From NCBI RefSeq assembly GCF_000020385.1, contig NC_010814.1, forward strand, positions 2,010,001-2,042,000: a DNA stretch of 32,000 bases, in the 5' to 3' direction. A model generated the notes under the pieces. That model saw nothing but the letters and a program-made list of their open reading frames with translations, did not search any database and was not told the DNA's origin. Of this stretch, positions 16,598 to 27,064 are shown piece after piece (position 1 is the stretch's first letter; each line of letters starts with the position of its first letter). The translations under genes and the position numbers were made by a program. This DNA is from Trichlorobacter lovleyi SZ. Its GTDB lineage: Bacteria > Desulfobacterota > Desulfuromonadia > Geobacterales > Pseudopelobacteraceae.

Positions 16598-18151
16598 ATG
16601 AGTTCTACTGACATTCACAGCCAGAAGATTCTGATTCTTGATTTTGGTTCTCAGGTTACCCAGCTGATCGCCCGCCGCATTCGTGAACAGTCGGTTTACT
16701 GTGAGATTCATCCCTACAATATGGGTCTAGAGAAGATTAAGGCCTTTGCCCCTCAGGGGATTATCCTCTCCGGAGGTCCAAGCAGTGTCTATGATGCTGA
16801 TGCCCCCCATTCCGATGCCGGTGTCTATGAACTGGGGGTGCCGGTGCTGGGGATCTGCTATGGCATGCAGCTGATGACCAGCCAGCTGGGTGGCAAGGTG
16901 GAGCGTTCAGATAAGCGTGAATTCGGTCGTGCTGCCATGACAATTGACGACACCACTGATCTCTTTTCCGGCCTGTCCGGCAAGGAAGAGGTCTGGATGT
17001 CCCATGGCGACAAGATTGAGCAGATGCCCAAGGGCTTCAGTGCCATTGCCCACACTGACAACACCCCGGCTGCTGCCATGAAGGATGAGAAACGTCGCCT
17101 CTATGCGGTGCAGTTCCACCCTGAGGTGGTTCACACCCCGAAGGGTGCGGAGATGTTGGGCAACTTTGTCTTTACGGTCTGCGGTTGTCAACCGATCTGG
17201 ACCATGGCCAACTTTATCGAAACCGAGATTGCAGCCATCCGCGAAAAGGTTGGTAACGGTAAGGTTATCTGTGCACTGTCCGGCGGGGTGGACTCATCAG
17301 TGGTAGCTGTATTGCTGCATAAGGCGATCGGTGATCAGTTACAGTGCATCTTTGTCAATAACGGCCTGCTGCGCAAGGGTGAGGCGGAAAAGGTGGTCAA
17401 CCTCTTTACCCGTCACTTCAAGATTAATCTTGATTACGTTGAGGCATCTTCGCGCTTCCTTGATAAACTGAAAGGAATTACTGATCCTGAGCAAAAACGG
17501 AAGATTATCGGCAATGAGTTTATCTACCTTTTTGAAGATGAGGCAAAGAAGATCGGGACGGTAGACTGGCTGGCACAGGGAACTCTCTATCCTGACGTGA
17601 TTGAATCGGTTTCCACCAAGGGGCCATCAGCAGTGATCAAGAGCCACCATAACGTCGGCGGCCTGCCTGACCGGATGAAGATGAAGCTGATTGAACCGGT
17701 ACGTGAATTGTTCAAAGATGAGGTTCGGCTGCTCGGTAAAGAGCTTGGCCTGCCTGATGAGGTCATTCATCGCCAGCCGTTCCCCGGCCCTGGCCTGGCA
17801 ATCCGCTGCATTGGAGAGATCACGGCAGACCGGCTGGAAATACTGCGGGAATCAGATGCGATTGTGTTGGATGAAATTCGTAAGGCGGGGCTCTACCGCG
17901 AGATATGGCAATCTTTTGCCGTGTTGCTGCCTGTTCGCTCGGTTGGCGTCATGGGGGATGCCCGTACTTATGACTACACCATTGCCCTGCGAGCCGTAAA
18001 TTCGCTGGACGGCATGACTGCCGATTGGGTCAAGCTGCCCTATGAGGTGATGGGCAGTATCTCATCACGGATCATCAATGAGGTCAAAGGGGTTAACCGG
18101 GTGGTCTATGATATCAGTCAGAAACCGCCAGCTACCATTGAGTGGGAATAA
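16598..18151 (+). CDS. guaA: GMP synthase (glutamine-hydrolysing)
   Basis: 517 aa. GATase domain ([12 protein letters not shown]), PP-loop SGGVDSSV, C-terminal PPATIEWE. Confidence 0.95.
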   Translation: MSSTDIHSQKILILDFGSQVTQLIARRIREQSVYCEIHPYNMGLEKIKAFAPQGIILSGGPSSVYDADAPHSDAGVYELGVPVLGICYGMQLMTSQLGGKVERSDKREFGRAAMTIDDTTDLFSGLSGKEEVWMSHGDKIEQMPKGFSAIAHTDNTPAAAMKDEKRRLYAVQFHPEVVHTPKGAEMLGNFVFTVCGCQPIWTMANFIETEIAAIREKVGNGKVICALSGGVDSSVVAVLLHKAIGDQLQCIFVNNGLLRKGEAEKVVNLFTRHFKINLDYVEASSRFLDKLKGITDPEQKRKIIGNEFIYLFEDEAKKIGTVDWLAQGTLYPDVIESVSTKGPSAVIKSHHNVGGLPDRMKMKLIEPVRELFKDEVRLLGKELGLPDEVIHRQPFPGPGLAIRCIGEITADRLEILRESDAIVLDEIRKAGLYREIWQSFAVLLPVRSVGVMGDARTYDYTIALRAVNSLDGMTADWVKLPYEVMGSISSRIINEVKGVNRVVYDISQKPPATIEWE

Positions 18152-18175
18152 GAACTCTGAAGAGCAGGAGGGGCC

Positions 18176-20071
18176 ATGCGTAGATCGCTACTGACAACCT
18201 GTGCTATTGTTGCCTGTTCTGTTGTTATGATGTCTCTGGTTGCCTCTGCCAAGACTCTGATACTTGAAGGTAACCTTGATGGTGCCGTTGCCATGCGCCA
18301 GTCCATGGAGTTTTCAGTCAATAAGGGCACGGTCTCCAGTTTTTCATTCAAGTTTGCCTTGCCGGCCTCTTTTTCAACCAGGACTGTTAGCCAGGGGGTT
18401 GACGGCCTTGATATTGGTCTGTCTCCTCAACCCACCAGTTCAACGGTTGAAACCGACCGTTTTGGCAACAAATTTCAGCGGGTCAGCTGGAATAACGTTA
18501 ACCAGGATATCCGGGTTAATCTGAACTATACTGCCAATGTCCGTACGCAGTTGACCTCGCTGGAGAGCAAGACACCTTTTCCGCTTGGCAGTCTTGCCTC
18601 AAGGGAGTCACTCTATCTGCAGCATACCGAGATGGTGCAGGGGGATGCCGAGATCAAATCCCTGGCCCGTCAGTTGACCAGTGGTGTCAAGAACGAGTAT
18701 GAGGCCGTATCTGCCATCATTAACTGGGTCACCGACAATATCAAATATACCTTTAACCCGCCCCAGTATGATGCCTCCTACACCCTCTCAACCAGAAGCG
18801 GCAACTGTCAGAACTTTGCCCACCTTTCCATTGCCCTTTTGCGCAGTGTGGGAATCCCCGCCCGTATTGTCGGCGGCATAACCCTGAAAGAGGGCTGGAA
18901 GGTGCCGATTGATGCAAAAAACTCCATTGTCCAGAGCATGGGGCAGGGCGGACATGCCTGGCTGGAGGTCTACTTCCCCGACCTGGGCTGGTTGCCGTAT
19001 GACCCTCAACAATCACGTCAGTTTACCTCATCGCGCCATATCAAACAGACCCATGGTCTGGACTCCCGGGATATTAATGACACCTGGAAGGGCGGCCCCT
19101 ATCTGCCGGCCTACAGTGAGCTGATAGAGGGGCGTTATACCACTGACGATATCAAGTTGAAGATGAAGCGCTATGCCAGCGCTCCCCGTCCCTATATCCT
19201 GAGTAATGCTGTGATGGCTGGTTCAGCCGGCGTCGTGGATACAGCAGATTCCGGTCGGGAGACACCTCCGGCTGCCAAGCCGCCCCGTCCGGAATCGAGG
19301 ACAAATGTTGCATCAGCCAAGCCGGCAACACCTCCGCAAGGATCAGGTGCCGGGCCGGCAGAGACCCGTCTGGTCAGTGATGACGAGGCATCTGATGAGG
19401 ATCAGCCCAGACCGGTCAAACCCAAACCTCCCGTAAAGCCGGTCAAGCCGCCTGTAACCAAACCGCCCAAGGTCGCTACCAAACCACCGGTAGTTGTTGA
19501 GCCCGGCCACAAGAAACCACGTCCTGGTACCATGCTGGCTTTTGGTAACATGGATTTTCCTGCCCTGGTTAACCTGTATAATGTCAAAGGTGATACCGGT
19601 ACCCGTGTCTTTGAGCGTGAGACCTCGGAATATGTTACATCAAAACATATCTTTGCCCAGGCTATTCAGGTCAAAGACCGGATGAGCCTTGAAAAAATCT
19701 CACTTGCCATGCGAAAATTCGGTGGTGATGGTGCGGTGTACATAGATCTGGTCAAGGATAAGGGCGGCAAACCAGACATCATGCAGGGAATCCGCTCTAA
19801 CCTGCTTGACCTGGAAAAGATAGTCAGAAGACCGGGTTATTACTGGGTAGATTTTTCATTTCCGCCTGATGGGAACAAACCGCAACAGCTTGCTCCGGGC
19901 AAGTACTGGATTGTATTCCGTGCCTCAGGCGAGGCGATCATGAACTGGTTTTTCACACCGGGTAAACCGTATGGCGAAGGTGATGATACCCGTTCCACGG
20001 CAAAGGGCTTCCAGTGGGAAGATATCCTGAACTATGACTTTGTCTTTAAGGTCAGCGGCAAGGCGGTATGA
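18176..20071 (+). CDS. secreted transglutaminase-like (papain-fold) protein with a Pro/Lys-rich linker and a C-terminal domain of unknown function
   Basis: Signal peptide MRRSLLTTCAIVACSVVMMSLVASA. Transglutaminase core GNCQNFAHLSIALLRSVGIPARIV...GGHAWLEVYFPDLGWLPYDP (Cys-His-Asp). KPPV-type low-complexity linker at about 19259-19515. Confidence 0.8.
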   Translation: MRRSLLTTCAIVACSVVMMSLVASAKTLILEGNLDGAVAMRQSMEFSVNKGTVSSFSFKFALPASFSTRTVSQGVDGLDIGLSPQPTSSTVETDRFGNKFQRVSWNNVNQDIRVNLNYTANVRTQLTSLESKTPFPLGSLASRESLYLQHTEMVQGDAEIKSLARQLTSGVKNEYEAVSAIINWVTDNIKYTFNPPQYDASYTLSTRSGNCQNFAHLSIALLRSVGIPARIVGGITLKEGWKVPIDAKNSIVQSMGQGGHAWLEVYFPDLGWLPYDPQQSRQFTSSRHIKQTHGLDSRDINDTWKGGPYLPAYSELIEGRYTTDDIKLKMKRYASAPRPYILSNAVMAGSAGVVDTADSGRETPPAAKPPRPESRTNVASAKPATPPQGSGAGPAETRLVSDDEASDEDQPRPVKPKPPVKPVKPPVTKPPKVATKPPVVVEPGHKKPRPGTMLAFGNMDFPALVNLYNVKGDTGTRVFERETSEYVTSKHIFAQAIQVKDRMSLEKISLAMRKFGGDGAVYIDLVKDKGGKPDIMQGIRSNLLDLEKIVRRPGYYWVDFSFPPDGNKPQQLAPGKYWIVFRASGEAIMNWFFTPGKPYGEGDDTRSTAKGFQWEDILNYDFVFKVSGKAV

Positions 20072-20072
20072 G

Positions 20073-20405
20073 ATGCAGGCGGCCTGTCTGGTAGCAGGAG
20101 TCATGCTGATTATGGCAGGTTGTTCGCAACAGGACAACAGGCCGGAAACGCGCAAACAACAGCAGACACCAGCAGTTTTTCAGTCCAGCCAAAAGTTTGC
20201 CGAACTCTGCGCTGCCTGCCACGGCGTCCGGGCCAGGGGAGGGGTAGGGCCTGATTTAACGGTGTCCCGCTTCAAATATGGTAAAGACAGAGCTTCAATA
20301 AAAAAGAGCATTCTGGAAGGGCGTCCGGGCGGGATGCCTGCCTTTGGCGCTCATATCAAACCGGAGGACGCAGCAGCGTTGGCCGACTATCTGCTTTCAT
20401 TGTAG
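20073..20405 (+). CDS. class I c-type cytochrome, lipoprotein
   Basis: ATG lies 1 nt after the upstream stop. Lipobox LIMAGC, single CAACH haem motif, distal GGMPAF Met ligand region. Confidence 0.8.
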   Translation: MQAACLVAGVMLIMAGCSQQDNRPETRKQQQTPAVFQSSQKFAELCAACHGVRARGGVGPDLTVSRFKYGKDRASIKKSILEGRPGGMPAFGAHIKPEDAAALADYLLSL

Positions 20406-20433
20406 TACACATTCTCCAGAGGAGGCACTAACT

Positions 20434-20925
20434 GTGGCGGGAATCAGCTTTGAAGAGGTAATGTTTACGGTCATGACGGCCACCCAGGACACCTTCAAGT
20501 GTTATATGAATATTGAGTTGTATGCAGGCCATGTAGAACGCAAAGTTACGCCTGTAGATTCTGATGTGACCGGTATTATTGGCGTTGCCGGTGATCGGGT
20601 TGGTTATATCATTGTCGCTGCGGACCGGGCAACAGCACAGCTGGTTGCTCGCGAGATGTTAATGGATGATGAGCCGGATGAAGACTCAATCCGTGATGCC
20701 ATCGGCGAACTGATCAACAATATCGCCGGTGCGTTCAAGACCAAGTACCACGACCAGTACGGCAATGTAGCCATGGGACTGCCGCTGGTGGTGTCCGGAC
20801 AGTTGCGGACGGTTACGGAACCGCCTGAAGAGGGTGCCAGTATGAATGTCCAGTGTAAGGGGGTTACCATCCCCTTTACCAACAAGGACGGCAGTGCCAA
20901 TCTGAAGGTTATGATCTACATGTAA
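20434..20925 (+). CDS. CheX-like chemotaxis phosphatase family protein
   Basis: GGAGG lies 8 nt upstream of GTG 20434. TGIIGVAGDRVGYIIV...AIGELINNIAGAFKT resembles the CheX/CheC-like fold signature. Confidence 0.6.
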   Translation: MAGISFEEVMFTVMTATQDTFKCYMNIELYAGHVERKVTPVDSDVTGIIGVAGDRVGYIIVAADRATAQLVAREMLMDDEPDEDSIRDAIGELINNIAGAFKTKYHDQYGNVAMGLPLVVSGQLRTVTEPPEEGASMNVQCKGVTIPFTNKDGSANLKVMIYM

Positions 20926-21608
20926 TGGTTGCAACCGTTTCGATTCTGAACCGTTACCAGGAACTGTTGTCTGAAGTAGACTCCTGGTTTTTACACTGCA
21001 GCCTCGCAGCAGGTACACAGATCTCCTGTCAGCGGGGCTGTTCTGCATGTTGCCGTGGTCTGTTTGATATTACGCTGCTGGATGCACGACTGGTAAGGCA
21101 GGGTTTTGAAAGCCTTCCCGCAGAGACGAAACAACAGGTCGTACTGCGTGCACAGCAAAGTATTGCCGGTATCCGTACATTCTGGCCGGATTTTGACCAG
21201 CCGTACCTGTTTAATGACTACCCGGAAGAAGAGTGGGATCTGGTCATGCCTGAAGAGGATGAGACGCCGTGCCCGCTGCTGGGGCAGGACGGGCTCTGTC
21301 TGATTTACGGATACCGTCCCATGACCTGCAGGTTGAACGGCATACCGATGGTGGATAGCAGCGGTGAGGTGCTGTTTGATGAATGGTGCAGTCTCAATTT
21401 CTCAGCTGCTGATCCTCTCCAGATGCAGGAGCTGCGCTTTCACTTTAACGATATTTTTACCCAGGAACAGCTGTTGTTCAGGGAGTTCACCAGACGCTTG
21501 TTTGGTGAACCGTTGAATGAGCTGGATACTGTGATCCCTGCTGCAGTATTGATCGATTTTGCTCGTGTACGCGTGCCGGAGCAGGTATGGAAACAAAGAA
21601 CTACCTGA
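20925..21608 (+). CDS. YkgJ-family Cys-cluster protein (putative Zn/Fe-chelating CxxCxxCC domain)
   Basis: 227 aa. SCQRGCSACCRGLFDIT plus downstream CPLL...GLCLIYGYRPMTCR. Its start overlaps the upstream stop (TAATG). Confidence 0.7.
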   Translation: MVATVSILNRYQELLSEVDSWFLHCSLAAGTQISCQRGCSACCRGLFDITLLDARLVRQGFESLPAETKQQVVLRAQQSIAGIRTFWPDFDQPYLFNDYPEEEWDLVMPEEDETPCPLLGQDGLCLIYGYRPMTCRLNGIPMVDSSGEVLFDEWCSLNFSAADPLQMQELRFHFNDIFTQEQLLFREFTRRLFGEPLNELDTVIPAAVLIDFARVRVPEQVWKQRTT

Positions 21609-22396
21609 CACCTACTGAGACCATCAGCGCCATTGTACAGAATGGTAAAAGGGTCATGACCCAATGCCGGCGTCGCACATTTTTGTTGTCATTGCTGGCA
21701 GGTTTCTATATCGCCTTTGGTGCGCAGCTTTCCACCGTGGTAATGCATGACGCTGCAGCGTTTATAGGTCTTGGTATTGCCCGCCTTGTAACCGGTGTTG
21801 TCTTTTCCTTTGGTTTGATGCTGGTGGTGGTCTGTGGCGCTGAGCTGTTTACCGGTAACAGTCTGCTGGTTTCTTCGGCCCTGGATGGTGAGATCTCCTG
21901 GATAAAGTTGATCGAGAACTGGTCAATCGTCCTGCTCGGCAATCTGCTGGGAGCCCTTTTTATGGCCTGGTTGCTGTATGAATCACAACTCTGGCAGAGC
22001 GGCACCGTTGCACAACAGGTGCTTGCTACGGCGTCTGCCAAAAGTCAGCTGTCGTTCTGGGTTGCGTTTGTACGGGGGATTCTCTGCAACTGGCTGGTCT
22101 GTCTGGCTGTTTTTATGGCAACCGCGGCACGGGATATCTCCGGCAAACTCTTGTCCTGTCTGGTGCCGATCACCGCCTTTGTGGCCAGCGGCTTTGAGCA
22201 TTCCGTTGCCAACATGTACTTCATTCCTGCCGGTTTACTGCTTAAGTCAGGGTTGGGCATCACGGCCCCCGGTCTGACCTGGAGTGCTTTCCTGTTTGGC
22301 AATATCCTGCCGGTAACCCTGGGCAATCTGGTAGGCGGTGTTCTGTTTGTTGCCTGTGCTTACTCGTATGTACATTTGCCCCTGAACCGCCACTAG
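21587..22396 (+). CDS. formate/nitrite transporter (FNT) family channel
   Basis: 269 aa with six hydrophobic segments. GAELFTGN and SGFEHSVANMYF signature motifs. Overlaps the upstream gene by 22 nt. Confidence 0.85.
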   Translation: METKNYLTPTETISAIVQNGKRVMTQCRRRTFLLSLLAGFYIAFGAQLSTVVMHDAAAFIGLGIARLVTGVVFSFGLMLVVVCGAELFTGNSLLVSSALDGEISWIKLIENWSIVLLGNLLGALFMAWLLYESQLWQSGTVAQQVLATASAKSQLSFWVAFVRGILCNWLVCLAVFMATAARDISGKLLSCLVPITAFVASGFEHSVANMYFIPAGLLLKSGLGITAPGLTWSAFLFGNILPVTLGNLVGGVLFVACAYSYVHLPLNRH

Positions 22397-22441
22397 GCAC
22401 TCCTTGCAATTCCCCGGCTGTTCCGCTAGTATTCCACGACT

Positions 22442-23488
22442 ATGAAAACAATTACCAGACAACTGCATGTAGGCCCGGTGGCAGTAGGCGGAGGCGCTCC
22501 TTGTGCTGTCCAGTCCATGTGCTCCACCGATACCCGTGATATCAAGGCAACCCTGGCGCAGATTCAGGCTTTAAATGCAGTGGGTTGCGAAATCGTCCGT
22601 TGTGCGGTGCCTGACGCCGATGCTGCGGATGCCCTGGCTGCTATCAAGGCCCAAAGTCCGATCCCGGTAATTGCTGATATTCACTTCGATTATAAGCTGG
22701 CTCTGCGGGTGCTGGAGGGGGGCATTGATGGTCTGCGCCTCAACCCGGGCAACATCGGTGAACACTGGAAGGTTGCCGAGGTGGTAAAATCTGCGGCAGA
22801 GCGCAAGGTGCCAATCAGGATCGGTGTCAATGCCGGATCACTTGAAAAGCACCTGCTCGAAAAATACGGACATCCGACCGCTGAGGCGATGGTTGAATCC
22901 GCCATGGGACATATCCGTATTCTTGAGGAGTTGAACTATCAGGAGATCAAGGTTTCCCTCAAGGCTTCTGATGTACCCAAGACCGTCGAGGCCTATCGTC
23001 TGCTCTCCAGTCAGGTCAACTACCCGCTCCATATCGGCATTACCGAAGCAGGTACCATTTTCTCGGGGACCATCAAATCTTCAGTCGGGCTTGGCATTCT
23101 GCTACACGCTGGGATCGGTGATACCCTGCGGGTTTCCTTAACCGGTGATCCGGTAGATGAAGTACGGGTAGGGTATGAGATACTTAAATCGCTGGGATTA
23201 CGTCAGCGAGGCGTTAACTTTGTGTCCTGTCCCACCTGTGGCCGTTGTCAGATCAACCTGATCCGTGTTGCTGAAGAAGTGGAAAAGCGTCTCCAGTCAG
23301 TTGACAAGCAGATTACCGTGGCAGTAATGGGGTGTGCCGTTAATGGCCCCGGTGAAGCTCGCGAGGCTGATGTTGGAGTGGCGGGCGGCAAGGGGGAAGG
23401 GCTGATCTTCCGCAAGGGTGAAGTGGTCCGTAAGGTCAGTGAGGCGGAACTGGCTGATGCCTTGCTGGAAGAGATCAATAATCTGTAA
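22442..23488 (+). CDS. ispG: 4-hydroxy-3-methylbut-2-en-1-yl diphosphate synthase (MEP pathway)
   Basis: 348 aa. VQSMCSTDT, RLNPGNIG, Fe-S cysteines SCPTCGRC...GCAVNGPGEA. Confidence 0.95.
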   Translation: MKTITRQLHVGPVAVGGGAPCAVQSMCSTDTRDIKATLAQIQALNAVGCEIVRCAVPDADAADALAAIKAQSPIPVIADIHFDYKLALRVLEGGIDGLRLNPGNIGEHWKVAEVVKSAAERKVPIRIGVNAGSLEKHLLEKYGHPTAEAMVESAMGHIRILEELNYQEIKVSLKASDVPKTVEAYRLLSSQVNYPLHIGITEAGTIFSGTIKSSVGLGILLHAGIGDTLRVSLTGDPVDEVRVGYEILKSLGLRQRGVNFVSCPTCGRCQINLIRVAEEVEKRLQSVDKQITVAVMGCAVNGPGEAREADVGVAGGKGEGLIFRKGEVVRKVSEAELADALLEEINNL

Positions 23489-23506
23489 TGATGCAGGGAG
23501 ACGACT

Positions 23507-23890
23507 ATGCGAAGCTTAATCGTTGATGACGATGATATCGGCCGTCTGATGCTGGCGACCTTTCTGGAGGATTTCGGCCCCTGTGATCAGGCGGAAAACG
23601 GCCAGCAGGCCCTTGATCTGATTGATGCTGCCACTGCTGAAGGTAATTCCTATAATTTGATCTGCCTTGATATTGTCATGCCGGTTATGGATGGTACCAC
23701 GACCTTGCGCGGTATTCGGGAGCGTGATCAGAAACAGGGGGGGCGTACCAAGGTATTCATGATCTCTGCCTGCAGTTCCCCCGAGGATATTCAGGATGCT
23801 TTTTTTGAAGGGGATTGCGATGACTATGTGGTAAAGCCGTTTCAACGTGAAGCAGTCAGCCAGATGCTGCAACGTCATAAATTGATCTAA
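23507..23890 (+). CDS. single-domain CheY-like response regulator
   Basis: 127 aa. LIVDDDD, CLDIVMPVMDG, FMISAC, VVKPF receiver motifs. GGGAG SD. Confidence 0.85.
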   Translation: MRSLIVDDDDIGRLMLATFLEDFGPCDQAENGQQALDLIDAATAEGNSYNLICLDIVMPVMDGTTTLRGIRERDQKQGGRTKVFMISACSSPEDIQDAFFEGDCDDYVVKPFQREAVSQMLQRHKLI

Positions 23891-23904
23891 GGTGGTTTAA
23901 TAGA

Positions 23905-25635
23905 ATGCGTTATACACAATTTTTTATTCCAACACTTAAAGAAACTCCATCCGATGCCGAAGTGGTCTCACACCAGTTAATGATGCGTTCCGGCATGATC
24001 CGTAAGATTGCTGCCGGTATCTATACCTACATGCCGTTGGGGCTGCGTTCGATCCGTAAATTTGAACAGATTGTACGGGAAGAGATGAACCGTGCCGGTG
24101 CCATTGAACTGCTGATGCCCGGTGTGCAACCGGCGGAACTCTGGATTGAGTCGAAGCGTTGGGCTCAGTATGGCAAGGAACTGCTGCGCTTCAAGGACCG
24201 CAAGGATAACGAGTTCTGCATGGGGCCAACCCATGAAGAGATAATCACCGACATTGCCCGGCGTGAGGTCAAGAGTTACCGCCAGATGCCGGTCAACTTC
24301 TACCAGATTCAGACCAAATTCCGTGATGAGATCCGTCCGCGCTTCGGCCTGATGCGTGGACGGGAATTTATCATGAAAGATGCCTATTCCTTTGATGTTG
24401 ACTCCTCTGCAGCTGATCTTTCCTATGACAAGATGTATCAGGCCTATAACCGCATCTTTGAGCGTTGCGGCCTTAATTTCAGGGCTGTAGAGGCTGATAC
24501 CGGTTCAATTGGCGGCTCGGCATCCCATGAATTCATGGTACTGGCTTCATCAGGCGAAGATGCCATCGTGTCCTGTAATGCCTGCCGCTACGCTGCCAAT
24601 GTGGAAAAGGCTGAGGGAGTAAGGCAGCAGCAGGGGGGGGCAGGACAGCAGGCGCTGACCAAGGTCCATACCCCTGACAAGAAGACCATTGCTGAAGTTG
24701 CCGAGTTTCTGGGGCTTCCCCAGTCCGGCACTGTCAAGGCACTGGTGCTGTCCAATGGTGAAGGACAGTTTGTGATGGCCCTGGTGCGGGGTGACCATGA
24801 GCTGAATGAGTTGAAGCTGAAGAACCGTCTGGGCTGGGATGAGATTCAGATGGCCACTGATGATGAAATCCTGCGTTTTACCGGTTCACCTCCCGGTTTC
24901 CTGGGACCTTTGGGATTAAAGGCAGAGCTGCAGGTGGTGGCTGATTATGCTGTTGAAACGATGGCTGATTTTGTCATCGGTGCTAATGAGACAGATCAAC
25001 ACTATACCGGTGCAAATACTGGCCGTGATTTTCAGATCAGCCAGATTGCCGACATACGTCTGATCGGTGCCGGTGATCCTTGTCCACGCTGTTCAGGCGG
25101 TACTTTGGAAGTCTGGCGAGGTATTGAAGTCGGTCATGTCTTCAAGCTGGGTACCAAATATTCAAGCAGCATGAATGCCACCTATCTTGATAAAGACGGC
25201 AAGGAGCAGATCATCTTTATGGGCTGCTACGGCATCGGTATCGGTCGTACGGTGGCTGCATCCATTGAACAGAACCATGATGAAAACGGTGTGATCTGGC
25301 CGTTACCATTGGCTCCGTTTCACTGCTCGGTGGTGGCGATCAATGCCCAGAAGGATGAGGCGGTCATGGCTGCTGCTCAGGATATCCATGATCGACTTGA
25401 GGCTGCCGGTGTTGAGGTCCTGCTGGATGACCGTGACGAGCGGCCCGGTGTCAAGTTCAAGGATCATGACCTGATCGGTATTCCGCTCAGGATCGTGGTG
25501 GGGGGAAAAAATCTGGCCGAAGGTAACGTTGAGTTCAAGCAGCGTGCTGGTGGCGAGATGCAACTTCTGGCGCCCGAACAGGCAATTGAATCAGTTATTG
25601 CCAAGGTCAGGGAGTCCTGCGGAGGTAGCCGATGA
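23905..25635 (+). CDS. proS: proline--tRNA ligase (bacterial type with INS editing domain)
   Basis: 576 aa. Class II motifs ([34 protein letters not shown]). AAGGTGG SD. Confidence 0.95.
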   Translation: MRYTQFFIPTLKETPSDAEVVSHQLMMRSGMIRKIAAGIYTYMPLGLRSIRKFEQIVREEMNRAGAIELLMPGVQPAELWIESKRWAQYGKELLRFKDRKDNEFCMGPTHEEIITDIARREVKSYRQMPVNFYQIQTKFRDEIRPRFGLMRGREFIMKDAYSFDVDSSAADLSYDKMYQAYNRIFERCGLNFRAVEADTGSIGGSASHEFMVLASSGEDAIVSCNACRYAANVEKAEGVRQQQGGAGQQALTKVHTPDKKTIAEVAEFLGLPQSGTVKALVLSNGEGQFVMALVRGDHELNELKLKNRLGWDEIQMATDDEILRFTGSPPGFLGPLGLKAELQVVADYAVETMADFVIGANETDQHYTGANTGRDFQISQIADIRLIGAGDPCPRCSGGTLEVWRGIEVGHVFKLGTKYSSSMNATYLDKDGKEQIIFMGCYGIGIGRTVAASIEQNHDENGVIWPLPLAPFHCSVVAINAQKDEAVMAAAQDIHDRLEAAGVEVLLDDRDERPGVKFKDHDLIGIPLRIVVGGKNLAEGNVEFKQRAGGEMQLLAPEQAIESVIAKVRESCGGSR

Positions 25636-26942
25636 GCAGTGCTGCTATCTGGGATGCCCAGCATGAATGCATGCCACGTGAGGAACTGGAGCAGCTCCAG
25701 CTTGAGCGGTTGCAGGCTACGCTCAACCGGGTGTATAAAAACGTTCGTTGTTACCAGAACAAGTTTAATGAGTTGGGGATTGTACCGGAAGACATCACCT
25801 CGCTGGCTGATCTTTCACGCCTGCCCTTTACCACCAAGGAAGACCTTCGCCTCAACTATCCCTACGGCATGTTTGCAGTGCCATTGCGTGAAGTGGTCCG
25901 GATCCATTCATCATCCGGCACTACCGGCAAGCCGACGGTGGTTGGCTACACCAAGCATGATCTAAAGATCTGGTCGAATCTTGTGGCCCGTTTCATGACT
26001 GCTGCCGGTGTAACCCCAGATGATGTGGTCCAGATCGCCTTTGGGTACGGCCTGTTTACCGGCGCCTTTGGTCTGCATTATGGTTCTGAAGCCATTGGTG
26101 CCGCGGTGATACCGATGGGGGGCGGCAATACCGAAAAGCAGATCATGATCATGCAAGACTACCGGACGACTGCTCTGGTCGGGACGCCCAGCTATGCCCT
26201 GACCATTGCAGATCGCCTGGAAAAAATGGGGCTTGATCCCAAGTCGCTTTCACTTAAGGTTGGCCTGTTTGGTGGTGAACCCTGGTCAGAGGCGATGCGA
26301 ACTGAGATTGAGCAACGTCTGCAGATCAGTGCCACCGACAACTATGGTCTATCCGAGGTAATCGGTCCTGGAGTGGCTGGCGAATGCCAGCATAAATGCG
26401 GTATGCATCTTGCTGAAGATGCCTTTATTGCTGAAATTATCGACCCTGAAACCGGTGCCGTGCTGCCACCAGGCAGCGTGGGTGAGCTGGTATTGACCAG
26501 TCTGACCAAAGAAGCCTTTCCGATGATTCGCTATCGAACCCGCGACATCACCAGTCTGGTCTACGAACCCTGTGCCTGTGGCAGAACCCTGGCACGGATG
26601 AAAAAGACCATGGGGCGTAGCGATGATATGTTGATTATCAAGGGAGTTAATGTTTTCCCGTCGCAGATTGAAGAGGTGCTGTTTGCCATAGAAGGGTGCG
26701 AACCCCACTATCAGTTGGTTGTCCAGCGCACCGGCACCACGGATGTTCTGGAAATTGACATTGAAGTCACTGAACATATATTCTTTGACGAAATGAAAAA
26801 GCAGCGGGCCTTTCTGGAATCAGTAGAACGCAGGATTCATTCAGCACTGGGGGTCGGCGCTACCGTAAAGTTGGTTGAACCCAACAGTATTCCGCGTCAT
26901 GAAGGTAAGGCGCAGCGAGTTATTGATAAACGGAGTCTGTAG
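25632..26942 (+). CDS. phenylacetate-CoA ligase-like adenylate-forming enzyme (PaaK / F390 synthetase family)
   Basis: 436 aa. [15 protein letters not shown]-binding P-loop, [27 protein letters not shown]. Its start overlaps the proS stop (ATGA). Confidence 0.8.
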   Translation: MSSAAIWDAQHECMPREELEQLQLERLQATLNRVYKNVRCYQNKFNELGIVPEDITSLADLSRLPFTTKEDLRLNYPYGMFAVPLREVVRIHSSSGTTGKPTVVGYTKHDLKIWSNLVARFMTAAGVTPDDVVQIAFGYGLFTGAFGLHYGSEAIGAAVIPMGGGNTEKQIMIMQDYRTTALVGTPSYALTIADRLEKMGLDPKSLSLKVGLFGGEPWSEAMRTEIEQRLQISATDNYGLSEVIGPGVAGECQHKCGMHLAEDAFIAEIIDPETGAVLPPGSVGELVLTSLTKEAFPMIRYRTRDITSLVYEPCACGRTLARMKKTMGRSDDMLIIKGVNVFPSQIEEVLFAIEGCEPHYQLVVQRTGTTDVLEIDIEVTEHIFFDEMKKQRAFLESVERRIHSALGVGATVKLVEPNSIPRHEGKAQRVIDKRSL

Positions 26943-27001
26943 GCGTTCAGGTGTTGCCTTTTTAAAATAGTTTGTGCTATTACAAAGCACTATATCAGGT
27001 C

Positions 27002-27032
27002 AGCCGCAGTGCTTCCGGTACTGCGGCTTTTC
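27002..27032 (+). terminator. rho-independent terminator ending the guaB-to-paaK-like co-directional array
   Basis: agccgcagt (27002-27010) pairs with actgcggct (27020-27028) as a perfect 9-bp stem, followed by TTTT. Confidence 0.6.
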
Positions 27033-27064
27033 TATGTAAATTTATCGTGTTGGAGTTATTTGCT

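Noticed and set aside
19259-19515. Possible tandem DNA repeat or contingency locus in the Pro/Lys-rich linker of the transglutaminase-like gene
   Set aside because: The repetition is at the peptide level (KPPV-like) with varied codons. There is no exact nucleotide tandem repeat that would support slipped-strand variation.
26972-27064. N-terminal extension of the lipoprotein ORF (ORF-tool start at 26972)
   Set aside because: The extension contains a perfect 9-bp terminator hairpin with a T run (27002-27032). The lipoprotein signal peptide begins downstream, at GTG 27065 or TTG 27092.
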